Shown here piece by piece: positions 41,159 through 51,188 of a DNA stretch of 64,000 bases. Source of the DNA: Promethearchaeia archaeon. GTDB taxonomy: Archaea > Asgardarchaeota > Lokiarchaeia > Sigyniarchaeales > SOKP01. The notes beneath the pieces are model-generated. The model ran no database searches. It was not told where the DNA came from and worked only from the letters and a program-made list of their open reading frames with translations. Numbering within the stretch: the first letter of the stretch is position 1; every line of letters begins with the position of its first letter. The stretch is taken from NCBI GenBank assembly GCA_029856045.1, contig JAHQWG010000047.1, positions 128,001 through 192,000 on the forward strand, read 5' to 3'. The translations under genes and the position numbers were made by a program.

Positions 41159-41800
41159 TTAATCTCGATAACCAATTGTTTTTTTAATTTCTTCTTCAGA
41201 CATTGCTAATGTATCAGTAGAATCAATTTTTTGTAGTAAATTCTTATTCTTATAATGCCCTATTATTGGTTCAGCATTTTTTTTATATACATCCAACCTG
41301 TTATTTACTGTCTCTTCAGTATCATCTGAACGATGTTTTAATTCGGCACCACACTTATCACAAATCCCTTCCTTTTTTGGTGGTAAAGTATATATATTAT
41401 AAATCTCATTACACTTAGGGCAGGAGACCCTTCCTGTTAGCCGTTTCATGATAATATCGCGTGATACTTCTAATAATAAAAAGGCATCAATATCAGTTAT
41501 TTCATCAAGGGCTTCCGCTTGTTCTATAGTGCGTGGAAAACCATCAAGTAGAAAGCCATTCTCTTTTACATCATTTTGGCTTAACCTATCTTTTATCATG
41601 TCTATTACAACATCATCTGGAACAAGAGCACCATCATCCATGTACTTTTTTGCTTTCAACCCTAATTCGGTTTTATTCCTTAAATTCTCCCGAAAAATAT
41701 CCCCTGTGCTTATATGAGGTATTTTAAGTAAAACTTTTTTAATTTGTCCAGCAAATGTGCCCTTACCACCTCCAGGGGGGCCAAATAACACATATTTCAT
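41159..41800 (-). CDS. adk: Adenylate kinase with zinc lid
   Basis: GPPGGGKGT, HISTGDIFR, LDGFPRT, CPKC...CDKC, RSDD. Confidence 0.95.
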   Translation of the reverse strand: MKYVLFGPPGGGKGTFAGQIKKVLLKIPHISTGDIFRENLRNKTELGLKAKKYMDDGALVPDDVVIDMIKDRLSQNDVKENGFLLDGFPRTIEQAEALDEITDIDAFLLLEVSRDIIMKRLTGRVSCPKCNEIYNIYTLPPKKEGICDKCGAELKHRSDDTEETVNNRLDVYKKNAEPIIGHYKNKNLLQKIDSTDTLAMSEEEIKKTIGYRD

Positions 41801-41939
41801 ATTAAAATTTCACCAATAGCTAATATAGTTTGAATTATTAATATTTTATAATTAATATATCGTTTTTTTATAATTATTATTTACAGTTATAATAAATATT
41901 GTATTAACTTAATTTCTATAAATCAAAACTAAAGAAGAA

Positions 41940-42524
41940 GTGGTTTTTTTGAGTATTGAATTAACTGAGCCAAGAATAAAAGGGAGTAAAAGTCTGGAAG
42001 AGTGTATATTTGAGAGGGTAAGTGTTAGGAGTTTTAAGGATAAGGAAATTGAAATCGAAAAAATATCCCAAATTTTATGGGCAGGTCAAGGTAAAAAAGG
42101 GTATAAAAGGACCGTTCCATCTGCAGGTGCCACTTATCCTTTAGAGTTATATATTACAATTAAAAGTAAGGGTTTTTTTCATTACAATTCTAATAAAAAT
42201 CTATTGGAATTAAAAAAAGATAGTGATTTTGGAAAAGATTTAGCTCAAGCATCTTTAGATCAGATGTTTATCTATGAAGCACCGATAAATATCATAATTT
42301 GTGCTGATTTAAATAGAACATGCGATCATTATGGTAAAAGAGGTGTGAGATACGTTTATATGGAAATTGGCCACTGCGCACAAAATATTGAATTAGAAGC
42401 AGTTGCGTTAGGGTTAGCATCCGTTCCTATCGGTGCATTCCATGATGAAGAGGTAAAGAAAATATTAGATTTACCAAAAAATTTTGAACCATTATATATT
42501 ATTCCAATTGGATATCAAAAATAG
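41940..42524 (+). CDS. SagB/ThcOx-like nitroreductase-family protein
   Basis: RVSVRSF, RTVPSAGATYPLE, EIGHCAQN, IGAF. Confidence 0.9.
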   Translation: MVFLSIELTEPRIKGSKSLEECIFERVSVRSFKDKEIEIEKISQILWAGQGKKGYKRTVPSAGATYPLELYITIKSKGFFHYNSNKNLLELKKDSDFGKDLAQASLDQMFIYEAPINIIICADLNRTCDHYGKRGVRYVYMEIGHCAQNIELEAVALGLASVPIGAFHDEEVKKILDLPKNFEPLYIIPIGYQK

Positions 42525-42596
42525 AATTTATTCTAATAAGAGGAAAAATTTATAAATCGACTTTAGATAATTTCAATTTTAAATCTACTTGCTATT

Positions 42597-44885
42597 TTAC
42601 ACAGCTTCGGGAATTAATATTACAAAATTACTTCCTTTCGTGTAGTCTCCTTTGACTCTATCCTCGACCCAAATTTCTCCATTATAACCTGTTAATATTT
42701 TTTTCACTAGCGATAATCCCAATCCCATCCCCTTTATGGATATATCTTTTTTATATCCTCTTTGAAAAATTATCTCTTTCTTAGAATCTTGTATTCCTAT
42801 GCCGTTATCTTTGAACTCAATTTTCAGATATTTAATCCCTTCTTTCTGAATTTTCGATAATAAAATAGAAATTTCTATAATTGGATTTTCATTATATTTT
42901 ACAGCATTAAATAGAATATTTTCAAAAACATCTATCAAAAGGTCATTCGCGTAGATATGTATCTTTTTCCAAGGGATGTCAACTTTTATTTTTAGTTTCC
43001 TTTCTTGAATACCGTCTTGAATAAATTTTACCGCTTTTTGTAAAATAGTATAAACTTCCGTTGATTGGGTAATAATTTGAGTTTCTTCCAATTGTGATAA
43101 TTTTAGAACATTTGAAATTAGATTTGCGCCTCTTTTAACTTGGTCTTTAAGAATTTTCAATAAATTACTCATATCTTTTAATTTTTCCGGTTCATATAGA
43201 TATAATTCACATAAGGCTGCTGAGGATAATATATTTTGAAGTATATTATTCATGTCATGAGCAAATAAGTCTTTATAAAAATCAGCAAGATTATAAGCTT
43301 CACGATATTTTTCTTCAGATTTAATTAATTTTTGTTCTGCTTTTTTTCTTTCAGTAATATCTCGAGTAAATCCATAAAAACCATTCTTTTGTCCTTGAGT
43401 ACTATATTTTAAATATATTGAACCTTCAAAAGATCGAATCTTCCCATCATTTCTTAAAACCTTACTTTCAAAATTTGATGTTGGAATTTCATTTTTATAG
43501 ACCTTATTAAAACTTTTAAATACATCCTCTATTGTTTCTTTGTCCAAAATATCACGATAATTCATACCTATCAGATCCTTCCTTGAATATCCTACAAGTT
43601 TACACATATAATCATTGAAAAAAATTAAATTTCCCTTGAGATCTACCTCAAAATACCCTTCTATAATATTTTCAAGAATTCCTCGATATTTTTTTTCAGA
43701 TTCTTTTAGTTTTTCTTCCACTTTTTTGCGATTGGTGATATCTCTTGAAACAAAAACACCTTTTATTGCCCCTTCTTTGTCTAAAAATGTTTTTCCTCCA
43801 AGTTCGACCCAAATATAAGTTCCATCTTTTTTTTTAATTCTTAATTCGGCCATTGCTTCTCCTTTTTTAAAACTTTCCCAAAAAACTTTACTGAGATTTT
43901 TAAAATCATCATTATGTATAAATTCTACTGCATCTTTACCGATTAAATCGTCTTTTGAATATCCTAAAATTTTCTGAGTAGTTATTTCATTAATGTATTC
44001 AAATTTAAATTTTTCATTAAGAATGGCAATCATATCTTTCGCATTTTCTGATATAAGTCGATATTTCTCCTCACTTTCTTTTAATGCCTCTTCTACCTTC
44101 TTTCCTTCAGTGATGTCTCTGGCGATACCACAAAGACCAAAAATATTTCCATTGGAATCCTTAAGCGGCACCTTGATTGTGTGAAAAGTATGAGGGATTC
44201 CACGAATAGGTATCGTTGGTTCTCCTTCAATAATTTCTCCGTTAATAACACGCCTGTCTACTTTCATCAAATGTTTTCCTACATTTTCTCCAAATAAGTC
44301 GATATCTGTTTTATTTTTTAATTCTTCTGCTGGTATGCCAGACAACTTCTCCATCGCCGGGTTTACTTGAATATATTGCAATGAACTATTCTTAATGAAG
44401 ATGCAGTCTTTAGCTGTCTCGATAATTGCTCGGTACATCTCTTCACTTTCCCGTAATTTTTGTTCAGCTTTTTTGAGTTTTGAAATATCTTTATCTATAC
44501 CTCTATAACCAAGCCAATTTCCATTTTTATCGTAAAAGGAAATTCCGTTTGTTAAAAAACAAACAAGATTTCCATTTTTATGCAAGTTCCAATTCTCTAA
44601 ATTAACAATTGGTTTTTGTTTTTCAGCTATTTCATTAAATATTGCAGAGACTCGAGTAGCCTCTTCTGATGGCATAAAATCGAAAGGAGTCTTTCCTAAT
44701 ATTTCTTGGGAAGTGTATCCTAAAAAATCTTTTATACGTTCACTACAGTAAGTATAGATACCGTCTTTATTTACTTCCCAAATCCAATCTATCTGGGTTG
44801 ATAAAATATCCTTATAAAAAGACTCATCATTCCTTAATTTTTCTAATAAAAGATCTCTGTCTTTTCTTTTCTCTTGTTGTTTCAT
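42597..44885 (-). CDS. Multi-PAS sensor histidine kinase
   Basis: Four PAS/PAC repeats (RDIT), H-box FAHDMNNILQ, NAVKY, DNGIGI, GMGLGL. Confidence 0.93.
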   Translation of the reverse strand: MKQQEKRKDRDLLLEKLRNDESFYKDILSTQIDWIWEVNKDGIYTYCSERIKDFLGYTSQEILGKTPFDFMPSEEATRVSAIFNEIAEKQKPIVNLENWNLHKNGNLVCFLTNGISFYDKNGNWLGYRGIDKDISKLKKAEQKLRESEEMYRAIIETAKDCIFIKNSSLQYIQVNPAMEKLSGIPAEELKNKTDIDLFGENVGKHLMKVDRRVINGEIIEGEPTIPIRGIPHTFHTIKVPLKDSNGNIFGLCGIARDITEGKKVEEALKESEEKYRLISENAKDMIAILNEKFKFEYINEITTQKILGYSKDDLIGKDAVEFIHNDDFKNLSKVFWESFKKGEAMAELRIKKKDGTYIWVELGGKTFLDKEGAIKGVFVSRDITNRKKVEEKLKESEKKYRGILENIIEGYFEVDLKGNLIFFNDYMCKLVGYSRKDLIGMNYRDILDKETIEDVFKSFNKVYKNEIPTSNFESKVLRNDGKIRSFEGSIYLKYSTQGQKNGFYGFTRDITERKKAEQKLIKSEEKYREAYNLADFYKDLFAHDMNNILQNILSSAALCELYLYEPEKLKDMSNLLKILKDQVKRGANLISNVLKLSQLEETQIITQSTEVYTILQKAVKFIQDGIQERKLKIKVDIPWKKIHIYANDLLIDVFENILFNAVKYNENPIIEISILLSKIQKEGIKYLKIEFKDNGIGIQDSKKEIIFQRGYKKDISIKGMGLGLSLVKKILTGYNGEIWVEDRVKGDYTKGSNFVILIPEAV

Positions 44886-45046
44886 ATAAAAATACCTTTA
44901 TTTTTCTTTTAGATATCAAAAATATCTTTTAATAATAAATAAAATCGTCATTATATCATGATATGGTAATAAAGAAAATCTTAAACTTCTTAAATAATAT
45001 CAATTCATTATATACATCATCACTGTAGGGTATTAATGATAAGATC

Positions 45047-45409
45047 CTAAAAATTTAAAACCTCTTTAATTTTTTTTACTAATTCTTCAAAATCAAAAGG
45101 TTTTTCAATAAAATCAGCCGCTCCAATTGAAAGTGCTTCTTCTCGAACAGTCTTATCTGCACTTGCAAAAATAATTTTTGGGTTTTTTCCAAGACTAATA
45201 ATTTCTTTTGTGGCATCAATCCCACTTTTGATCGGCATCCGATGATCCATTATAATAATATCCGGTTTTTCTGAAAATAATTTAAATTTATCAACAGCTT
45301 CCTGCCCATTTTTTGCAACCCCAATAATTTGAAATCCCCAAAAACTCAATAATTTTTGATATAGATCTCGGATTGCTCGATCATCCTCAACGATAAAAAT
45401 ATTGGTTAT
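45047..45409 (-). CDS. Single-domain response regulator (CheY-like), ATA start
   Basis: IFIVEDD lies upstream of the track's TTG 45349; DIIIMDHRMP..SG, SA, EKPF; first possible start is ATA 45409, with an in-frame TAA upstream. Confidence 0.9.
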   Translation of the reverse strand: MTNIFIVEDDRAIRDLYQKLLSFWGFQIIGVAKNGQEAVDKFKLFSEKPDIIIMDHRMPIKSGIDATKEIISLGKNPKIIFASADKTVREEALSIGAADFIEKPFDFEELVKKIKEVLNF

Positions 45410-45413
45410 TTTC

Positions 45414-48209
45414 CTAAACCTCTGGAATTATTATAATAAAATTACTCCCTTTTGAATAATCTCCTTGAACTTTATCTTCCACCCAAATTTCTCCATTACA
45501 AAGTGATACAATTTTTTTTACTAATGATAATCCCAACCCCATACCACTTGTGCTCTTATCTGCTCTATAAGCCCTTTCAAAAATTATCTCTTTTTGATCA
45601 TCAGAAATTCCGTAGCCATTATCAATAAATTCCATTTTAAGAAATTTACTACCCTCTTTTTTAATTTTTGAAAATTTAATGAGAATTTCAACAATTGAGC
45701 GTTCATTATATTTTACAGCATTAATTAATATGTTTTCAAATACATCTATTAAGAGATCATTTGCTTTAGCAAACAATTTTTTTTTTTCAGTCTCAATCTC
45801 TATATTAATTTTTCTCTTCTGGAAATTTTTCTTCAAAATCTCAACTGATTCCTTTAAAATCTTACAAACTTCTATAGATTGTGTAAGAATTTGAGCCTTA
45901 TCCAAATCAGAAAGTTTTTGTATATTTGAGATCAAGGTTGCACCCCTTCTAACTTGCTGTTTTGTGGTATTAAACATACTTCTTACTTCAGGTAATATAA
46001 TTTCCTCACCTAAATAATGAGTAGCAATTTCTATTGAAGATAATATATTTTGAAGAATATTATTCATATCGTGAGTAAAAAGATCCTTATAAAAATTAAC
46101 GCGATTATAAGCTTCACGATAATTCTCTTCCGATTCTTTTAGTTTTTGTTCTGCTTTTTTCCTCTCTGTGATATCCTGTATTATAAATTGTATCAATGAT
46201 TGATCTTCTATCTTTATTAAAGAACCATGGAGATTTGTCCATATTATACCTCCTATTGATCTACTTAATGGAAACTCAAATGATTCTGTAACTTCACCTC
46301 TAAGCGCTTCATTGAATTGCTTTTCGAATAATGATACAAGAGGTTTATTTCTCTCATTAAATGAGAAAATTTCTCTGAAATTTCTTCCGACTAAATAATC
46401 TTTTGTATGCGTAGAAAGAAAATGATTTGTAGCAGTATTACAATCTATAAGATTTCCTTTTAAATCCAAAAGCCCTATGGAATATGGAGAACTTTCGAAT
46501 AAATGTCGATATTTTTCTTCGGATTCCCTTAATTTTTGTTCCCAATTTTTTCTTTCAGTGATATCCCGTATAAGACCATAAAACCCAATCTTTTTTCCTT
46601 CAGAATCACGTTTTAAATAAACAGAACTTTCAATAAATCGTTGTTGTCCATCCTTTCTATTCGTTTTAAATTCTATTGTTGCTCGAGGAATCTCATCTTT
46701 ATAAACCATATTGAACTTCTTAAAAATGTCTTTAATATTTTCCGTATGAATCAATGTGCCATAATTCTTTCCCAATAATTCAGCTTTCGTATATCCAAGA
46801 TATTCAGCTAATCGATCATTGAAAAATTTGAGATTTCCTTTGAGATCTACCTCATAATATCCTTCCTTAATATCTTCAAGAATTCCTCGATATTTTTCTT
46901 CGGATTCTTTAATCTTCCGTTCTGCTAACACACGCTCAGTAATATCACGGCTGATTCCGAACAAGACATCTTGATCATCCCAACGACCTTTAGTAAAAAT
47001 TGTTTCAACGGGAATTATTTTCTCTTCCTTGGTAATAAATGGAATATTACAAGAATTAATTTTACCCTCAACTAAGTCTCTGAAAATTCTAAGCGCACGA
47101 TCGTTTTGGGCAGGGGGATAAATTTTTAATATATTCATTTTTAGCATTTCCTCTTCTGAATAATTTAAGGTTTTTAAAACGGAAGGATTAATGTTGAGAA
47201 AGCGCCCATCGAAATTCAGAACAAATATTAATTCTTGCATAGAATCGAATAACGTTTGTAAATTTGCCTGACTTTCTTGAAGAGCTTCTTCGGTTTGCAT
47301 TTTTTCTATAATTGCACCGGTTTCTTGTGCTATAGTTTGAAATATATTTTTTTCTTCGTTTGAGAAGAAATGACGATTTTTAAAGGCTATATTTATTGTT
47401 CCATAGACTTTATTTTTTACAAAAAAGGGGATACTGGCAAGGGATAATATTCCCCACTTTTTTGAACGCCTAGGATTAAGTTTAGAATAATCCTCGGCAA
47501 ATAGTGGCTGCCCTTCGTTAAAAACAATATTATAAGCACCTTCATCGATTTTAACTCGCTTCACATCTTTAATAAAATCGGAAGGAAGCCCTTTAAAACA
47601 TGCTAATTCAGCAATCCTTGTGCTTTCATCCACTAAATAAATACCTCCCCCTTCAAAATTCATCAATTCAAGGGTTGAATTTAATACATTTTCTAATAAC
47701 AATGATAAGTCCTTAATTTTATTTACTGCTATTATAATTCGGTTTAAAATTTCCATTTTTCTTGCGTATTCTTTTATATTTTCTTCTGCCTTCTTGCGTT
47801 CGGTTATATCTAGAAGTGATGCTACACTTTTTTTTGTTCTAGGAATCATATCGATATTTAGCAATATATCCCGAATATCACCTCTTTTATTGATGAAATG
47901 AAACTCGTAACTTTTTGGAGCAATGTCAGAGGTTTTTCTGCGTGAGTAATGATACTTTTTCATCATCTCTAATTCTTCTTTGATAACAAATTCAGTCCAT
48001 TTTTTTTTCCATTCAATCTCTTCTTTTGAATAACCAGAGAGTTCTTCAAATTTTTCGTTTGCAAGTGAAATAGTGGTGTCCTTCTCGATTATAACAGTTG
48101 CAGTACCTGTATTTTCGAAAATAGTTCGGTATTTTTCTTCAGATTCCTTTAAATTTATTTCCTTCTCTATTCGCTTTCTTGACTCCAAGTTTTTATCTTC
48201 ATTATTCAA
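45414..48209 (-). CDS. PAS-GAF-PAS-PAS-PAS sensor histidine kinase
   Basis: GAF (GGIYL...SLASIPF...YGTINI), PAS repeats, FTHDMNNILQ, NAVKY, DNGYGI, GMGLGL. Confidence 0.93.
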   Translation of the reverse strand: MNNEDKNLESRKRIEKEINLKESEEKYRTIFENTGTATVIIEKDTTISLANEKFEELSGYSKEEIEWKKKWTEFVIKEELEMMKKYHYSRRKTSDIAPKSYEFHFINKRGDIRDILLNIDMIPRTKKSVASLLDITERKKAEENIKEYARKMEILNRIIIAVNKIKDLSLLLENVLNSTLELMNFEGGGIYLVDESTRIAELACFKGLPSDFIKDVKRVKIDEGAYNIVFNEGQPLFAEDYSKLNPRRSKKWGILSLASIPFFVKNKVYGTINIAFKNRHFFSNEEKNIFQTIAQETGAIIEKMQTEEALQESQANLQTLFDSMQELIFVLNFDGRFLNINPSVLKTLNYSEEEMLKMNILKIYPPAQNDRALRIFRDLVEGKINSCNIPFITKEEKIIPVETIFTKGRWDDQDVLFGISRDITERVLAERKIKESEEKYRGILEDIKEGYYEVDLKGNLKFFNDRLAEYLGYTKAELLGKNYGTLIHTENIKDIFKKFNMVYKDEIPRATIEFKTNRKDGQQRFIESSVYLKRDSEGKKIGFYGLIRDITERKNWEQKLRESEEKYRHLFESSPYSIGLLDLKGNLIDCNTATNHFLSTHTKDYLVGRNFREIFSFNERNKPLVSLFEKQFNEALRGEVTESFEFPLSRSIGGIIWTNLHGSLIKIEDQSLIQFIIQDITERKKAEQKLKESEENYREAYNRVNFYKDLFTHDMNNILQNILSSIEIATHYLGEEIILPEVRSMFNTTKQQVRRGATLISNIQKLSDLDKAQILTQSIEVCKILKESVEILKKNFQKRKINIEIETEKKKLFAKANDLLIDVFENILINAVKYNERSIVEILIKFSKIKKEGSKFLKMEFIDNGYGISDDQKEIIFERAYRADKSTSGMGLGLSLVKKIVSLCNGEIWVEDKVQGDYSKGSNFIIIIPEV

Positions 48210-48450
48210 TTTTAATCATCATTTTTTTATTTTAATGTTAATACTCACATATTATCTAAAATTATTAAATTAAAATTTAAGTAGGAAAATAATTGAATTA
48301 GAAAATTTTGATTCTTGATCTTTATATTTAATACAAATATTTCATATAAAGTTTAAAATTATTTTATATACGAAATTCGATTATATTTAAAAATTTCATA
48401 AAAATTAATTTAGGATATAAATTAAGAAGAAAAAATGTAGGGATTTAAAT

Positions 48451-49242
48451 TTACATAAACAATTGCGAATATCTTTCCTTTGATCCGGGTTCTTTTTGCG
48501 ATAAATGCATCTGTTGAGCTTTTTGGGCTAATTCCATCATCTTATTTTTTATTTCTTTACCACGTTCTAATAAATCTGAGACATCAACTCCTAATTGATA
48601 AATAGTATTAAGAGCCTTAATTATTTCTGCACCTCCTTCTGGTGTCGGAATCTGCTGGTAAGCATCAGTAAATAAGATATATGCATCAATAGGGTTGTTT
48701 AAGCATTCATTTAATATTGTGGCTTCAGGTCCTACGACTAAACCTTTGGGTATAATTTCAAGTCCAAGCTTTTCAAGTTTTTCCTTTATCTCTTTCTCAG
48801 CAGCAAAGAAAACTTTAAATTTTTCTACCATATTCAATGTTGGAATACCTTGCAGTATTACCATTTCCTTAGCTTTTATATCTTGGGACAAAGCCCAATT
48901 ACAAATTGTCCTGGCGAGGTCAGAATAATCTTTTGGGGTAGAAAAGGGGAGATCGCAAACACCGACAACTATATTTTTACTTTCAGAATAGTATAATCTA
49001 AAGGGGCGCTTTAAGATCCCATCTGTAAACACTGCAATAGGCGGAAATGAATCGCTTGCAACAAACCCAATTTGTTTAATATCTTCAATTTTTTCAACTA
49101 ACTCGTTAGTCACAATTGGTCCAATTAATCCGATTCCTGCAAATCCTAAAATAACCGTGGAATTTGGCTGAATTTCTTTAGGATCAACCCCTAAAACAAT
49201 CCTACTTCTTTTGCCTTTCTCACAAATATATACTTTGGTCAT
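48451..49242 (-). CDS. Proteasome assembly chaperone PAC2 family protein
   Basis: GFAGIGLIG, FPPIAVF, PFRLY, PTPEGG, VDVSDLLE. Confidence 0.85.
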   Translation of the reverse strand: MTKVYICEKGKRSRIVLGVDPKEIQPNSTVILGFAGIGLIGPIVTNELVEKIEDIKQIGFVASDSFPPIAVFTDGILKRPFRLYYSESKNIVVGVCDLPFSTPKDYSDLARTICNWALSQDIKAKEMVILQGIPTLNMVEKFKVFFAAEKEIKEKLEKLGLEIIPKGLVVGPEATILNECLNNPIDAYILFTDAYQQIPTPEGGAEIIKALNTIYQLGVDVSDLLERGKEIKNKMMELAQKAQQMHLSQKEPGSKERYSQLFM

Positions 49243-49434
49243 AATATTCTCACAAAAATTTGAGTTTCAATAAAAGTAATTGTTTTGTATATAATTAATT
49301 ATTTTGTAATATTAACTAAAAACGATATATAAGAGAAAATTTTTATTAACTTCTAAGATATTAAAGAAAAAGTAAATTTATTAAAATCATAAAAGAGTAA
49401 TTAATATCATATAAGAAATTAATGGTGTGGAGAA

Positions 49435-50028
49435 ATTTCAAAGAATATTCCAGATGTATCAAATTTAATATATTTTATTCATTTTGGAACGAAGGAACAT
49501 ATATATTTTTCTTGGAAATCAAAATATAGACCAAAGGCTTTCATTTTTGATTACGCAATTGCAAAGAATGCCCTCAAAACCGATATATATTATCAATTGA
49601 ACAAGGGGGATGTTAAAATAGTTTATATTAAAAAAAATAGTTTTATTTATATAATTGGGGGGCATATTTCAGTCCAATATCAAATCCTTGAAGCATTAAT
49701 TGAACATCTTTCTATAAAATTTATTGAAATTTATGGAGATGTTCTAAAAGAAATTTTTGATATTGGAACAGATGATTTCTTTAAAGATTTTATTTCAAAA
49801 ATTGAAAATTCAATTAAACATATTCCTAATCAAATTGGGAAAATAATTAACGTATATTGCAGAATTTGTGGCGAATATGTAAATGTTTACGTGAAAGATA
49901 GCTTAATTGAAGATGCAGAAGATTACCCAGTCGCTTTAGTATATATGCACCATGGGCACTCTCTTTTGTTATATATTGATGCAGATTTTAAAGTGAGGGG
50001 AGCCGAAATCGTTTCAATTACCGGTTAG
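49435..50028 (+). CDS. Longin-like domain plus C-terminal Cys/His zinc-binding domain, ATT start
   Basis: Frame open from ATT 49435 (TAA at 49420, GGTGTGGAG at 49424-49432). Beta-beta-alpha-beta3-alpha-alpha hydrophobic pattern (ILEALIEHLSIKFIEIYG...FKDFISKIE), then CRIC...HHGH...YIDADFKVRG. The fold call is inference. Confidence 0.6.
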   Translation: MSKNIPDVSNLIYFIHFGTKEHIYFSWKSKYRPKAFIFDYAIAKNALKTDIYYQLNKGDVKIVYIKKNSFIYIIGGHISVQYQILEALIEHLSIKFIEIYGDVLKEIFDIGTDDFFKDFISKIENSIKHIPNQIGKIINVYCRICGEYVNVYVKDSLIEDAEDYPVALVYMHHGHSLLLYIDADFKVRGAEIVSITG

Positions 50029-50643
50029 AGATAACCCCTCAACCTTTGTTTTTAAAAAGCGTTCTTGTTTGAATATTCTTCTTGTTAAAATATCAAAAGG
50101 CTCATTAATTTTGATACCAGTTTTTGAAGATACCTTTAAATAATCATCCAAATTATACCTTTCTCTCAATTCTAAAGGATAAATATCATCCACAGATATT
50201 TTTTCTCCTAAATCAAGTTTTGTTCCTAATAATAGGATCGGAAGGTTTGGATCCTCATCTCGAATCATTTTAACCCATTCTTCTATCCTATTAAGAGTAG
50301 TCATTCGAGTGAGATCAAACATCAAGAGAGCTCCGTATGCTCCGTTTAGATAATACTGCAAAATTGATCGAAATTGTATTTCTCCTCCTAAATCCCAGAG
50401 TTGCAACTTATACCCCATTCCGTCAATTATAATCTCTTTTAGAAAAAATTGAACACCTACCGTTAGCTTAGTATCAGGTATGAATTTTTCTTCTACATAT
50501 CGATGTAAGAAAGTTGTTTTACCTACACCACCTTCTCCTGCGACAATAATCTTTAAAAAATCTTTTGGTTTGGTTTCTTTCTTTTCCTTATCTTTTTTGA
50601 TGCTGACAGTAGGCTTTTTTTTTCGCTTTTTAAATAACTTCAT
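50014..50643 (-). CDS. Rab/Ras-like small GTPase
   Basis: G1 GEGGVGKT, G2 TVGVQF, G3 WDLGGE, G4 TKLD, G5 VSSK; polybasic N-terminus. Confidence 0.92.
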   Translation of the reverse strand: MKLFKKRKKKPTVSIKKDKEKKETKPKDFLKIIVAGEGGVGKTTFLHRYVEEKFIPDTKLTVGVQFFLKEIIIDGMGYKLQLWDLGGEIQFRSILQYYLNGAYGALLMFDLTRMTTLNRIEEWVKMIRDEDPNLPILLLGTKLDLGEKISVDDIYPLELRERYNLDDYLKVSSKTGIKINEPFDILTRRIFKQERFLKTKVEGLSLTGN

Positions 50644-50695
50644 AAAAATATGAATTCCATATTCTATTAGTTATTGAAAAATTTATTACTTTTTT

Positions 50696-51064
50696 CTAGA
50701 AATTCCACCATCCATAAATTATGGAAATAATACCCCCAATTAAAACAACGAGATTCAATACGAGATCGCCTTTATTTGAACTAAATCTACCTTGCTGTTT
50801 GTTATAAGTTAGATCTATTAAGCCTAAAAACACTAAAGCGCCTCCAGAAATTAAACTGAAAATTACTCCAAAACTTTCTCCTAAAAAATTTCCGATTGCA
50901 GCCAAGATCAAGATCGGAACAACCCAGCCAAGGTCAGGTACTGGAAAGCTTCTTTCATGGCTTAAATAAGCTTCTGAATTTTCCGGATTTTTATTTTGCA
51001 CCTTGAAAAAATCAATCCAAAACCAAATAATCGCTGCGCTTCCTAATATTTGCAAGATTGCCAT
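50696..51064 (-). CDS. Small hypothetical membrane protein
   Basis: Four TM segments; YLSHERSFPVPD loop. Confidence 0.7.
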   Translation of the reverse strand: MAILQILGSAAIIWFWIDFFKVQNKNPENSEAYLSHERSFPVPDLGWVVPILILAAIGNFLGESFGVIFSLISGGALVFLGLIDLTYNKQQGRFSSNKGDLVLNLVVLIGGIISIIYGWWNF

Positions 51065-51188
51065 TAAAATATTAAAAATTTTTTATCGACTCCAATTGAT
51101 TTAAAATTATTTAATATAATTATATGCATTTAATTAAATTAAGAGTTTTTCAAACTTTATATACTAAAATGTTTAAAGGTGATAAAAA

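Noticed and set aside
23631-42524. TldD/PmbA, SagB-like dehydrogenase and ABC exporter as a RiPP cluster
   Set aside because: Genes are dispersed; no YcaO or precursor peptide seen; all are common stand-alone archaeal genes
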